Shown one piece after another: positions 27,598 to 36,119 of a stretch of DNA of 64,000 nucleotides. The translations under genes were made by a program, and so were the position numbers. Source of the DNA: Candidatus Omnitrophota bacterium (lineage in GTDB: Bacteria > Omnitrophota > Gorgyraeia > Gygaellales > Profunditerraquicolaceae); the NCBI GenBank assembly GCA_028717245.1, contig JAQUOD010000003.1, positions 85,636 to 149,635 on the forward strand. Reading direction: 5' to 3'. Positions within the stretch are counted from its first letter, which is position 1, and every line of letters begins with the position of its first letter. The notes beneath the pieces are model-generated. The model was not told where the DNA came from, made no database searches, and saw nothing but the letters and a program-made list of their open reading frames with translations.

Positions 27598-28308
27598 GTG
27601 AACCTTTTGGCGAATTCCCTTACTTTCTTAAGCCTAGCTTGCGGTTTTCTATCTGTTATTTTTTCCTTGGAGGCCCATTTTACTTTTGCTGCCTGGGCGA
27701 TAATCCTCTCGGTTATCTTTGACGGGCTCGATGGCCAGGTTGCGCGCAGGAACTCCATCCCGAGTGCGTTTGGAAAAGAACTGGACTCCCTGGTAGATGT
27801 AGTATCTTTTGGCATTGCGCCGGCTCTGTTGGGGTATATATTTATTTGCCGGCACTTTTATTTCTGGGCGACTGCGGCATTATTTATTTATCTTTGTTCT
27901 AGTGTAATGCGCTTGGCCAAATATAATATTACCGCGAAAGAAAAAATGGTAAATTATTTTTATGGCTTGCCCACTACCGTAAGCGGCGGTATATTAGCCT
28001 CTTTTATTCTTATCTACATAAAAGGAAAGGATATCTCTCCGTTGCCCCAATACGTACCCGTGGTTTTTCTGCTTTTAGTGCTGTTGTTGGCTTTCTTGAT
28101 GGTTTCACGGGTAAGATATTTAAATCTTGATGGCTTAAAACAATTATTAGGTAAGCAGGTAAGATTTACGGTTTTAATTTTATTTATTCTTTTAATCTTG
28201 ATTGCTTTCTCAAAAAAGGCAGGCGTGGGCATATTTACGCTTTTTTTAATCTACTTGCTTTTTTCTCCATTTGTGGTAAAAAGATTAAATAGCACCCAGC
28301 CGAGGTAG
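27598..28308 (+). CDS. pssA: CDP-alcohol phosphatidyltransferase (phosphatidylserine synthase-like)
   Basis: DGLDGQVARR...G...D...D motif, multiple TM helices; GTG start 27598 preferred. Confidence 0.7.
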   Translation: MNLLANSLTFLSLACGFLSVIFSLEAHFTFAAWAIILSVIFDGLDGQVARRNSIPSAFGKELDSLVDVVSFGIAPALLGYIFICRHFYFWATAALFIYLCSSVMRLAKYNITAKEKMVNYFYGLPTTVSGGILASFILIYIKGKDISPLPQYVPVVFLLLVLLLAFLMVSRVRYLNLDGLKQLLGKQVRFTVLILFILLILIAFSKKAGVGIFTLFLIYLLFSPFVVKRLNSTQPR

Positions 28309-28394
28309 CTCTTCTGCTACGCCCTTTGATTAGCAAATGATGGTAGGGCTTCGCAGGATTCCTGCCTGCCGGCAGGCGCCAACAAAAAGATTTA

Positions 28395-28466
28395 GCCGAG
28401 GTAGCTCAGTGGTAGAGCGCGGCCCTGAAAAGGCCGGCGTGGGGGGTCCGATTCCCTCCCTCGGCA
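28395..28466 (+). tRNA. tRNA-Phe (anticodon GAA)
   Basis: Acceptor gccgagg/cctcggc, D-arm tagctcagtggtagagc, anticodon stem cggcc/ggccg with loop ctGAAaa, T-arm ggggg-tccgatt-ccctc; integrase immediately downstream. Confidence 0.75.
28453..28466 (+). repeat. attL core: 14-bp direct repeat TCCCTCCCTCGGCA (3' end of tRNA-Phe)
   Basis: identical 14-mer recurs at 39339-39352. Confidence 0.65.
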
Positions 28467-28499
28467 TTTAAATTTATAAGCATCTCGTAACTATATTAC

Positions 28500-28528
28500 T
28501 TGACAAGTATTTACAAAAATGCTACTAT
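28500..28528 (+). promoter_or_regulatory. Sigma70-type promoter for integrase (TTGACA-17-TACTAT)
   Basis: TTGACA 28500-28505, TACTAT 28523-28528. Confidence 0.5.
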
Positions 28529-28537
28529 TTCCAATAG

Positions 28538-28560
28538 GTGCCAGTGCCCAAATGGTGCCC
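28538..28560 (-). promoter_or_regulatory. GGCAC(A) triple direct-repeat operator-like site in int leader
   Basis: ggtgcc agtgccc aaatggtgccca = revcomp tGGGCACcatttGGGCACtGGCACc, between -10 and int start. Confidence 0.45.
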
Positions 28561-28587
28561 ATAGAAACATGAAAAAGTGAGGAAATT

Positions 28588-29613
28588 GTGGCAACTCTCC
28601 GTCGGAGAAACGAATCATACTTTGTTGACTACCGGATTAACGGTAGGCGCTTCCGTAAAAAAGTAGGTCCTTCCAAAAGAATAGCCGAGCTTGCCCTAAA
28701 AGATATAGAAGTTAAAATAGCTAAGGGTGAATTAGGTTTTTCACCAAAAGACAATTCTCTAGAGAAGCTATTTGAAGAATATCTTAAATACTCCAAGATA
28801 AACCACGCTCCGAATACTTACGAAAGATACAGGGGGATTCTTGATAACTTCAAGTCTTTCCTTGCTACTCGCCCCTATGTAAATAAGATTTCTCATTTAG
28901 ATCCTAAGTTATTTGAAGATTATAAGCATTTCCGTAAAGAGGGGAAAGCTGAAGATAAAACAGTTAATATAGAGCTTCAGATGCTCCGGGGTATGTTTAA
29001 TTTGGCACGGAAGTGGGGTTATTCTCAAAATAATCCCACAGAAGGCGTAACTTTCTTTAGAATTACCAAAACCCAGGAGCCAAGATTTCTCTCAAAAGAA
29101 GAATGCGAGAAGTTGCTAAATAATTGTGGAGAAGAGTTATATCCTATATTCTTTACTTTTCTTAACACTGGCATGAGAAGAGGTGAGTTGCTTAATCTTG
29201 AATGGAAAGATATAGATTTTAGCAGGAAGAGACTACAAATAAGAGCTAAAGAGGATTGGGAGCCTAAAACCTCAGAACGGTATATTCCTATGAACGATAG
29301 CTTGATAAAGGTACTAAAGAAGCATAAGGAAAAGAGTAGAGGCAGTTTAGTATTTACTGATAATAAAGGCGAGAAAATTCATAAAAACGAAATTAGGAAG
29401 GAACTTATTCGGATCACAAAGAAAAGCGCTTTTCCCGATGTAACAAAATTGCATAGTCTCCGGCATACTTTTGCAAGCCATTTGGTTATGAGCGGAGTAG
29501 ATTTGCCCACAGTAAAAAAACTAATGGGGCACTCAGACATAGAGACAACTATGATTTATTCTCACTTAGCGGATGAACACGTAGATAGGGCAGTAGAAAA
29601 ACTGGAGTTTTAG
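28588..29613 (+). CDS. int: Tyrosine-type site-specific recombinase (phage integrase family)
   Basis: C-terminal catalytic HSLRHTFASHLV...GHSDIETTMIYSHL (R..HxxR..Y) motifs; GTG start. Confidence 0.9.
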   Translation: MATLRRRNESYFVDYRINGRRFRKKVGPSKRIAELALKDIEVKIAKGELGFSPKDNSLEKLFEEYLKYSKINHAPNTYERYRGILDNFKSFLATRPYVNKISHLDPKLFEDYKHFRKEGKAEDKTVNIELQMLRGMFNLARKWGYSQNNPTEGVTFFRITKTQEPRFLSKEECEKLLNNCGEELYPIFFTFLNTGMRRGELLNLEWKDIDFSRKRLQIRAKEDWEPKTSERYIPMNDSLIKVLKKHKEKSRGSLVFTDNKGEKIHKNEIRKELIRITKKSAFPDVTKLHSLRHTFASHLVMSGVDLPTVKKLMGHSDIETTMIYSHLADEHVDRAVEKLEF

Positions 29614-29630
29614 TAGAGTGAGCTCTGAGA

Positions 29631-30425
29631 ATGAATAATAACTATATGCAAAAAAGTCAAAAAAAGACAAAACCAAATGTGAGGGATGAGCTCTCGAGGC
29701 GGGACACCTTACCCAGAGACTTTTTTGTTTTGTTTAATTTCTTTTCTGATCCAACCAGAGATATTTTATCGAAAATATTCTATAAGGCAATGAAGGTCGT
29801 TTATTTTAAGTTCAAAAGGAAAAAGGATATTTGGGAAGCAAAATTGATACGCAAAAATAAACCCTTGAGAGATTTTTATCCTCTCAGCAAAACAGATATT
29901 TCAAATTCCATTTATCTAGTAGATCATTATTTATCAAATCTTTATATTATTCCACCAGAGTGCGATCCTTTATCAAAATTTGGTCATTTTCCTTATGATG
30001 ATGCTATCAAGTTTTATGAGGAATATGTAGAAGGTAGTGTTAAAGATATTTATGGTAGAGAGATTGTTCTTGATGAAAACGGCCTAAATTCATTATTTGA
30101 TCATGATCCAGATCTTAATCCGAAGAACTATAGCGAGTCTCGAGGAAAACGACTTCCCTGGATAATACCAACACTTAGAAATTCTAAAGGAATCTATGAA
30201 TTTACCGAGCGATCCTGGACAACTTATTATTATATTAGCGCATTAAATGTGCCATATAAAGACAAAGCAACGGGAGAAGTATCAAAAGTTATGCATTACT
30301 TCTTTATTGTTATTAGAAAAGAGGCAGGGAAGCCACTAACTCTTATTACTGCATATCATTTTGATAAAGAATTAATGTTTTTGAAATTCTTAGAACCAGC
30401 ACACCCATTTATATATATGCCATAA
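29631..30425 (+). CDS. Hypothetical protein, co-transcribed with integrase
   Basis: 264-aa ORF 18 nt after int stop; no recognisable motif. Confidence 0.45.
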   Translation: MNNNYMQKSQKKTKPNVRDELSRRDTLPRDFFVLFNFFSDPTRDILSKIFYKAMKVVYFKFKRKKDIWEAKLIRKNKPLRDFYPLSKTDISNSIYLVDHYLSNLYIIPPECDPLSKFGHFPYDDAIKFYEEYVEGSVKDIYGREIVLDENGLNSLFDHDPDLNPKNYSESRGKRLPWIIPTLRNSKGIYEFTERSWTTYYYISALNVPYKDKATGEVSKVMHYFFIVIRKEAGKPLTLITAYHFDKELMFLKFLEPAHPFIYMP

Positions 30426-30616
30426 ATAAAGCTTGCAAATCTAAGATAAATGTTGTATGCTTATATCAGTTGAAGATTGCGGTGTAGGTTATCTGTTGTT
30501 TCTACTGGCGGGAATGACAGTCAAGCCTTGCCGCATAACACCAGCCTAAAAATACCAACCAAAAGTTGGTATTTTTTGTTTTATAGAGAGAAAAACAGTT
30601 CAGTTATTAAAAATTA

Positions 30617-30633
30617 GGCACATTTTGGGCACA
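30617..30633 (+). promoter_or_regulatory. GGCACA-TTTT-GGGCACA direct-repeat operator-like site
   Basis: aGGCACAttttGGGCACAg upstream of ORF 30708. Confidence 0.45.
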
Positions 30634-30707
30634 GAAAGACAGGTGATATTCATAACTTATTGAAAAGTAATAGATAAGAGTCGATTGATGTAGAACGAGG
30701 TGTTCTA

Positions 30708-31469
30708 ATGGATTGTTGGTTAAATTTAGGGATCACCGGAGGGTGTTGCTGGCCTACTGAGGACAAAAAGATTTTATTTGGCGGGCATGAATTTCTTCTA
30801 AAACCTGCGACTAGGGAAACAGAACAGTCTATTCATATTAACATTAGTAAGGAAAAAATGTCTCGTATTGATGCGATGACTCTTGTTAACAGGTTTTTAA
30901 GTATTATTTCATGGTGTGATGGTGGGAATGGAGGTATGGATATTATATATGATATCGGTGTGTCTAATGTCGCCCCTATTGCTATACCGATGAGAAGGAG
31001 AATGCTAGGTTCCTCAATAGATTTTCCATTTTACCGGGATATAGAAAAGAATCATAAAGCGTCTTTAGCGCTTGCCCTTTACAGAGAAGGCTTAGTAACG
31101 GATTCTGTTCCTTTGTCTTTCTTGAGCTTCTTTAAGATTATAAATATCTTTTATAATGACAAAACTACAAGAGTAAATAAACAGAAGCCTCAGAATGAAT
31201 TGATCGCAAGCCTAGGAAGTTTACTTCAGCATATAAAGTGTGACCTTGCCACGAAAAGAATAGATGAGCTCAAAAAATCAGTAAATGACATCCCGAAGTA
31301 TTTATATGAACGCCGGTGTGCAATCGCTCATGCATTTGTAGATCCAACAATTGATCCGGATAATGTGGCTGAATCAAGGGATTTATCTCAAGATACATGG
31401 ATTATAAGGGCGATAGCAGATTATCTAATAGAGAAAAAACTCAATGTTTCAAAATCAATATTGGGGTAG
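30708..31469 (+). CDS. Hypothetical protein with C-terminal HEPN-like Rx4-6H motif (candidate RNase/Abi-like)
   Basis: ERRCAIAHAF (R-x4-AH) near C-terminus in predicted helical domain. Confidence 0.5.
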   Translation: MDCWLNLGITGGCCWPTEDKKILFGGHEFLLKPATRETEQSIHINISKEKMSRIDAMTLVNRFLSIISWCDGGNGGMDIIYDIGVSNVAPIAIPMRRRMLGSSIDFPFYRDIEKNHKASLALALYREGLVTDSVPLSFLSFFKIINIFYNDKTTRVNKQKPQNELIASLGSLLQHIKCDLATKRIDELKKSVNDIPKYLYERRCAIAHAFVDPTIDPDNVAESRDLSQDTWIIRAIADYLIEKKLNVSKSILG

Positions 31470-31512
31470 TAAGCACATTAAAAGATAGAGGAGCATTTAA
31501 CTTGAACCAATT

Positions 31513-31530
31513 GGGCACAAGTTAGGCACA
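31513..31530 (+). promoter_or_regulatory. GGGCACA-N5-GGCACA operator-like site
   Basis: ttGGGCACAagttaGGCACAaat upstream of ORF 31637. Confidence 0.4.
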
Positions 31531-31636
31531 AATTTAATCATGGTCAATCCTATCTGCTTGGATTATAACAAGTAGTAGTTATTAGTATTAGATCAGTATA
31601 TTCTAAACTAATCTTGATTGTTACAAGGAAAACAAG

Positions 31637-33199
31637 ATGCCGAATGCTATAGAAGGTAAATATTGCATTTTTAATTACTCTGAATTCCCACAGCTTAAAG
31701 ATAGGGCTTTTCAGTTATTCCAGTATTTTGAGAATAAATACCCAAAGATTCTACAGCTCGTTGATCTTCCAATGCGTGAGAGGGTTAATATCGTTATGAA
31801 AACATTACCCTTAGGGCCACCAGCTGGGAAGACTGGCCATAGTGATATCTATTTGGATCCGAACCAGCTTGATCCTAAGGATTTAGGAGTCTTAGTCCAT
31901 GAGGGAACTCATGTGGCACAAGATTTTCAAGATGATAACTTTGAAAATATTGATAATAAATTATGGCTTATAGAAGGAATGGCTAATCATGTGCGATTGT
32001 TGTTGGGATGGGATGGTCCGAATCAACCCAAATTCGAACCAAGCAAAATAAAAATAAATACTAGCTTGAAAGAGCAAAGAGACTATGATGTGTGGGCTGA
32101 ATTTTTTAAATGGTTAGCAACAAAATATTCTAAAGGAAACTTGCTTGTTGATTTTACAAATGCGTTGAAAAATAGCGAAACAGATGAAGCTTTCCTCAAA
32201 AGAGAATTTGGTAAGTCTAGTGGACAACTCTGGGGAGAATTTGAAGGTCGAGTACTTTTTGAACAATTCAAGGTTAAAAGAGAATTATGGATAGAATGCC
32301 TCTCCGGTAAAGACCGTAATTCTATATTCAATCAGATTTTTGACATGGTTTGGAATGCTGCCGTTTTTAGAGTAATTAACGAGGCGCGCAAGATAACTGC
32401 GGAAAATGAAGAAGGTCAGAAGGAAATCAATGGGATGTTACATCACTTTATAGATGAGTGTTTCTTCGATAGTCAATTTCTTGCTATTCGCCGGTTAACA
32501 GATCCAGCTTATGAGCTACGTGATGCCGAGAGAGGGATTTTTTCTCTATTTGCATTATTAAATGATATGAGGAAAAATATAGCGTTATTCACTAGGGAGA
32601 ATTTTTTTGCAGCAGAAGGTCTCGAATATGATTACGAGGCTATTGAGAAACGAGAGCAAGAGTTTATCGCTGAACAAGTAAAAAATGGACAACGGGTTAT
32701 TTGGGGGCCGCGAGACTTAGATAGTTGGCCGATAAAATTACGTCATGAAGCAATTGATGCGTTATCTGGAGTAAGCGCAGAGCAACGCAAGCCTTCTGAT
32801 GTTATCCAAGAAAAAGTCTTAGATTGTTTAATTAAGATACTTAAAGACGTATCGACAGACATTAACCTATACGTGAATAAATACATAGCGCATCTCGCTA
32901 CGCCTCAGAGTCGGGAGCATTATAAGGCTGATGAAGTATCGATTACCTTAGGTCATTTGTGGAATGCATATAAAGTAATATGTCAGGTTGCTAATTTTGT
33001 CGATTCATATATGCTTACGGGAGCGAGTCACAGTTTTTTACCAGTTCCACAATTTAATAATTTTGAATTTATTGAGAAGTCCTTGGTTTCTTATTCAAAT
33101 ATCGAGGTTTTAAGCAAGGCATGGGATGATTTTTCTAAGGAAACAAGTTCTTGGGGTTCTTGGGGTCTGAAAGAGCTCCGTGAACAAAGTGGGCTTTAG
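31637..33199 (+). CDS. Multidomain protein: N-terminal HExxHxxQ zinc-metallopeptidase-like domain (BSP/basic-secretory-protein-like) + ~320-aa C-terminal domain of unknown function
   Basis: HEGTHVAQD motif at ~aa 88-96; rest unmatched. Confidence 0.5.
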   Translation: MPNAIEGKYCIFNYSEFPQLKDRAFQLFQYFENKYPKILQLVDLPMRERVNIVMKTLPLGPPAGKTGHSDIYLDPNQLDPKDLGVLVHEGTHVAQDFQDDNFENIDNKLWLIEGMANHVRLLLGWDGPNQPKFEPSKIKINTSLKEQRDYDVWAEFFKWLATKYSKGNLLVDFTNALKNSETDEAFLKREFGKSSGQLWGEFEGRVLFEQFKVKRELWIECLSGKDRNSIFNQIFDMVWNAAVFRVINEARKITAENEEGQKEINGMLHHFIDECFFDSQFLAIRRLTDPAYELRDAERGIFSLFALLNDMRKNIALFTRENFFAAEGLEYDYEAIEKREQEFIAEQVKNGQRVIWGPRDLDSWPIKLRHEAIDALSGVSAEQRKPSDVIQEKVLDCLIKILKDVSTDINLYVNKYIAHLATPQSREHYKADEVSITLGHLWNAYKVICQVANFVDSYMLTGASHSFLPVPQFNNFEFIEKSLVSYSNIEVLSKAWDDFSKETSSWGSWGLKELREQSGL

Positions 33200-33203
33200 A
33201 ATA

Positions 33204-33220
33204 GGCACATTTTGGGCACA
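33204..33220 (+). promoter_or_regulatory. GGCACA-TTTT-GGGCACA operator-like site
   Basis: taGGCACAttttGGGCACAaat upstream of ORF 33364. Confidence 0.45.
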
Positions 33221-33363
33221 AATAAACGGTAATCTTTATAACTTCTTGTATTTCATGAAACAAAGAAAAGTAGTTTAGAACAGATAGTTCTAACTCGCTC
33301 AAAAAGTGATATAATGATTCTATAATCACAATAGGTTGCAAATAAGATATGAGAAAAAAGTGA

Positions 33364-33678
33364 ATGGATGATAAAATGCAGCCAATAACTTGGGAAGATT
33401 TTGTATTACAAAGATACGAATGGACGAAAGTTTCTAGGTATGCAGTAACATTGGATGGTATCTTAGTGCGAGACGATAGTAAACCCGACAGTCCCTTTTA
33501 CATGTGCCTATGGGAAGGCTGGTGGGAGCCGCAGGGCTTGCCAGCAGTCGGCGTGAGCATAAGAGATGTACTTGAGGCAAAACCGGTCAGCACGGAAGAA
33601 GCGAGAGAGATAATACGCCGGGAAGCAAAACCTAGAGTAATGAGACCAGCGGAAAGAAAAAACTGGAGATTTGATTGA
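33364..33678 (+). CDS. Hypothetical protein (104 aa)
   Basis: ORF with Trp-rich segment WEGWWEPQG; no motif. Confidence 0.4.
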   Translation: MDDKMQPITWEDFVLQRYEWTKVSRYAVTLDGILVRDDSKPDSPFYMCLWEGWWEPQGLPAVGVSIRDVLEAKPVSTEEAREIIRREAKPRVMRPAERKNWRFD

Positions 33679-33772
33679 TACAAATTATTATTGATTGTTT
33701 TCTTTGTTGAGGTAATATTGAGTTAGACAATCTGGTCCAATAGCTTTACCTTAAAGAGGCTTTAAGGCCTCT

Positions 33773-33851
33773 AACAGTGACGTAAGGTAAGCTGCATTAC
33801 TCCCCGAAAGGGGAGGGGGAAATGCAGTCTTATCGGATTTACGTCACTGTT
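33773..33851 (+). other. 79-nt three-tier hairpin: 13-bp perfect stem (aacagtgacgtaa/ttacgtcactgtt), 8-bp inner stem, 6-bp stem with GAAA tetraloop; T-tract 15 nt downstream
   Basis: perfect inverted repeats; ctccccgaaaggggag GNRA hairpin at centre. Confidence 0.55.
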
Positions 33852-33911
33852 GCCGGTAGGAATATGCGCCCCCTTTTTTGTTAAAGTGGGTATATATAAA
33901 GGAGGGATAAG

Positions 33912-34445
33912 ATGAATATTTTAGAGCAAATTATGATAGGATTCATAGGAAGGCCAATCTTAACTCTTATTAAATGGTTAAGATGGTATTTCTTTCTTGG
34001 TGGGATAATGTTCAATACGGTTGAGATATATGATCCAGCTACTAAAAGCATAGTTTCAAGCCAGTTTACTATAATCCCTTTTCTTTTGGGTTTAGTTTTA
34101 TTAGCTATTGGATTGACAGTTAAGAGATATGATGAAAATGTTGCTACGCTTCACGGTATCTCTATGTTGGAAGGATTGCAGGGAAAGATAAGAAAAGCCT
34201 ATCAAAATGGTAAGGAAGCAGATGCACAGGAGAGGGTGGACAAGGATTACCAAGAAACGCTCCAATTGTTAGCGGAGGGGCGGCAAGTACTCAACAAAGC
34301 GAGATCGGAGCGGTTGAGAGACGACAGCAGTCCGTTCAATCCGAGATTAAGCGAGAACGAAGCCTCTGGGGTTATTAAGAAGTCAGTAGAAGCTATTGAG
34401 CAAGAAGAGAAGCAAAATAAATCTAAACAAGATAACAAAAAGTAA
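33912..34445 (+). CDS. Hypothetical membrane protein (2 TM + charged coiled-coil C-terminus)
   Basis: two hydrophobic helices, then E/K/Q-rich tail. Confidence 0.4.
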   Translation: MNILEQIMIGFIGRPILTLIKWLRWYFFLGGIMFNTVEIYDPATKSIVSSQFTIIPFLLGLVLLAIGLTVKRYDENVATLHGISMLEGLQGKIRKAYQNGKEADAQERVDKDYQETLQLLAEGRQVLNKARSERLRDDSSPFNPRLSENEASGVIKKSVEAIEQEEKQNKSKQDNKK

Positions 34446-34623
34446 TATTATATTTTCTTAGTCTTAATCGGTCCCCCCCCCTAAGAGCTTCGCAATCTAT
34501 CCAACCAAATAGTGCTTTTCTTTCGTTCCTTTGCGTCTCTACCTGTTTTGTGCTTAAATTTTGCCATTAAGATGGTTTTTTTTCTTTATACTCTATTTAA
34601 AGTAGTAATTTGGTATATGCGAT

Positions 34624-35640
34624 TTGTGGTATAATTATATAAAAAGCGAGGAAGACGTGGCTTTAAAGACTAAGAAGAAACTATTTGAAAAATTAAACAA
34701 TGTAGAAGAAGCGCTCTGTTTATCAAAAATATCTCAACCCGAGTTTTTTGAGGCATATTTAGAACTTGAAACAAATCTCCACAGTATTTTTAAAAAAATA
34801 GGGGAAGTTTACGAAAAAAATAAAATTAGTCATCAAAATAATCCTGAATACATTAAGCTAAAACAACATAAAAAGAATTTAATAAGTAATTTCTACAAAA
34901 AATGGGGAATATCTCCTTCATCTTTTAAAGTAGTTAATAGTAAAATAGAGATAGACGAATCTATTAAAAACATAGACGGGATTGCGGTGCATATTGATAC
35001 TCCTCTTCCTGAAATAATCGGGAAGATCGTGCCTGCTAAGGAAAAATATTTAACTTTGTTGATAGACACCTTCGAAGAAAAAGAAATAATTTTAGCCGAA
35101 GTTTCCCGGATCTATGATTGGATAAATGAGATGCGAACAGAAACGGGAGTAAAGCTTCCTAAAGACAAATGTCATGTAAAGGTATTGGTTAGGAGATACA
35201 AAGTATTTAATCTAAGAAACCAAAGACCCCCAATGAAATTCAAGGAAATTGTTTTTCATATGATAACGAAAGGATTTTATAAAGATGAAACATTAGAAAA
35301 AGCAGAAAACTTAGCAAAAAAAGATTATGCAGCGGCTTATAGGAAGATTCACGGTATTCCATATAAAGAGCATAATAAATCGCAACTTAAGAAATCAAAT
35401 TTCAAAGGTTGCGCGTCTTGTGAAGCAAGACAAAAATGTAAAGAGCCTTGTTCCCAAGCAGAGTATTATTTATCTTTAGATGAAAAGAAGCAATCAGAAC
35501 TGCTTTTTAATAGGGGCGTAACTGATATTATTCATCCCGAAGATCTTAAAGAGGCGAAACAGAAAAAAAGAGCGATGATGTCAGAAGATGAAGAAGAGTG
35601 GAGACAAGAAGAGATTGAAAGGGGTATATATAAAAAGTAG
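34624..35640 (+). CDS. Hypothetical Lys-rich protein with C-terminal Cys cluster (CASCEARQKCKEPC)
   Basis: 338-aa ORF; start could be in-frame GTG at 34657. Confidence 0.4.
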   Translation: MWYNYIKSEEDVALKTKKKLFEKLNNVEEALCLSKISQPEFFEAYLELETNLHSIFKKIGEVYEKNKISHQNNPEYIKLKQHKKNLISNFYKKWGISPSSFKVVNSKIEIDESIKNIDGIAVHIDTPLPEIIGKIVPAKEKYLTLLIDTFEEKEIILAEVSRIYDWINEMRTETGVKLPKDKCHVKVLVRRYKVFNLRNQRPPMKFKEIVFHMITKGFYKDETLEKAENLAKKDYAAAYRKIHGIPYKEHNKSQLKKSNFKGCASCEARQKCKEPCSQAEYYLSLDEKKQSELLFNRGVTDIIHPEDLKEAKQKKRAMMSEDEEEWRQEEIERGIYKK

Positions 35641-35655
35641 TGTTTAGGGAAAATT

Positions 35656-35693
35656 AAATCAGGGTAACCCGATTTTTCACTTTTACAAGGGTG
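35656..35693 (+). repeat. 38-bp direct repeat copy 1 (aaatcagggtaacccgatttttcacttttacaagggtg)
   Basis: identical to 35738-35775. Confidence 0.8.
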
Positions 35694-35723
35694 AGGGCTT
35701 AAAAACTCTCACCCTTTTTGTTT
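35688..35723 (+). terminator. Rho-independent terminator (agggtgag/ctcaccct, T-tract) overlapping repeat copy 1
   Basis: 8-bp perfect stem + tttttgttt. Confidence 0.65.
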
Positions 35724-35737
35724 ATCCAGGCTTTTAA

Positions 35738-35775
35738 AAATCAGGGTAACCCGATTTTTCACTTTTACAAGGGTG
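35738..35775 (+). repeat. 38-bp direct repeat copy 2, 20 nt upstream of SpoVG-like gene
   Basis: identical to copy 1; contains near-palindrome atcagggtaacccgat. Confidence 0.8.
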
Positions 35776-35795
35776 GAAGGACAAATTTAAAGAAG

Positions 35796-36119
35796 ATGAG
35801 CGAAATAGTGGTCTCCGAAGTTCAAATTATTCCAGTTAAACCCAGAGAGGGCCTCGTTGCTTTTGCTTCTTGTGTTATCAACGGCCATTTTTATCTTGGT
35901 GGATTAGCGATTTATACCTGTCTTTCTTCCTCAGAAGGTTTCCGAGTGACCTATCCTACCAAAGTTTTAAATAACGGCACTAAATTAGATCTAGTTTATC
36001 CAATAACACGCGAAGTTGGGTTAACAGTTCAGAAGAAAATTGTCGAAAAATACGTAAAACTCATAGAAGATTTAACGAAAGGGAATGGTAAAAATGAACA
36101 AGAGCCGAGATTTACTTAA
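35796..36119 (+). CDS. SpoVG-like nucleic-acid-binding protein
   Basis: VSEVQIIPVKPREGLVAFASCVINGHFYLGGLAIY...GFRVTYPTK...VYPITREVGLTVQKKIVEKY matches SpoVG fold pattern; ATG 35796 preferred over ORF-track 35718. Confidence 0.5.
   Translation: MSEIVVSEVQIIPVKPREGLVAFASCVINGHFYLGGLAIYTCLSSSEGFRVTYPTKVLNNGTKLDLVYPITREVGLTVQKKIVEKYVKLIEDLTKGNGKNEQEPRFT

Noticed and set aside
33773-33851. Retron msr-msd ncRNA (inverted repeats a1/a2 flanking a structured RNA)
   Set aside because: No reverse-transcriptase ORF (no YxDD motif) downstream or anywhere in the island; the flanking ORFs are a 104-aa unknown and a small membrane protein.
33750-33860. Integron attC site (GCCTCTAAC ... GTTGCCG reminiscent of R''/R' cores)
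   Set aside because: The cores do not fit GCCTAAC/GTTAGGC, there is no extrahelical-base architecture and no IntI nearby; the resident integrase is a tRNA-targeting lambda-type enzyme.
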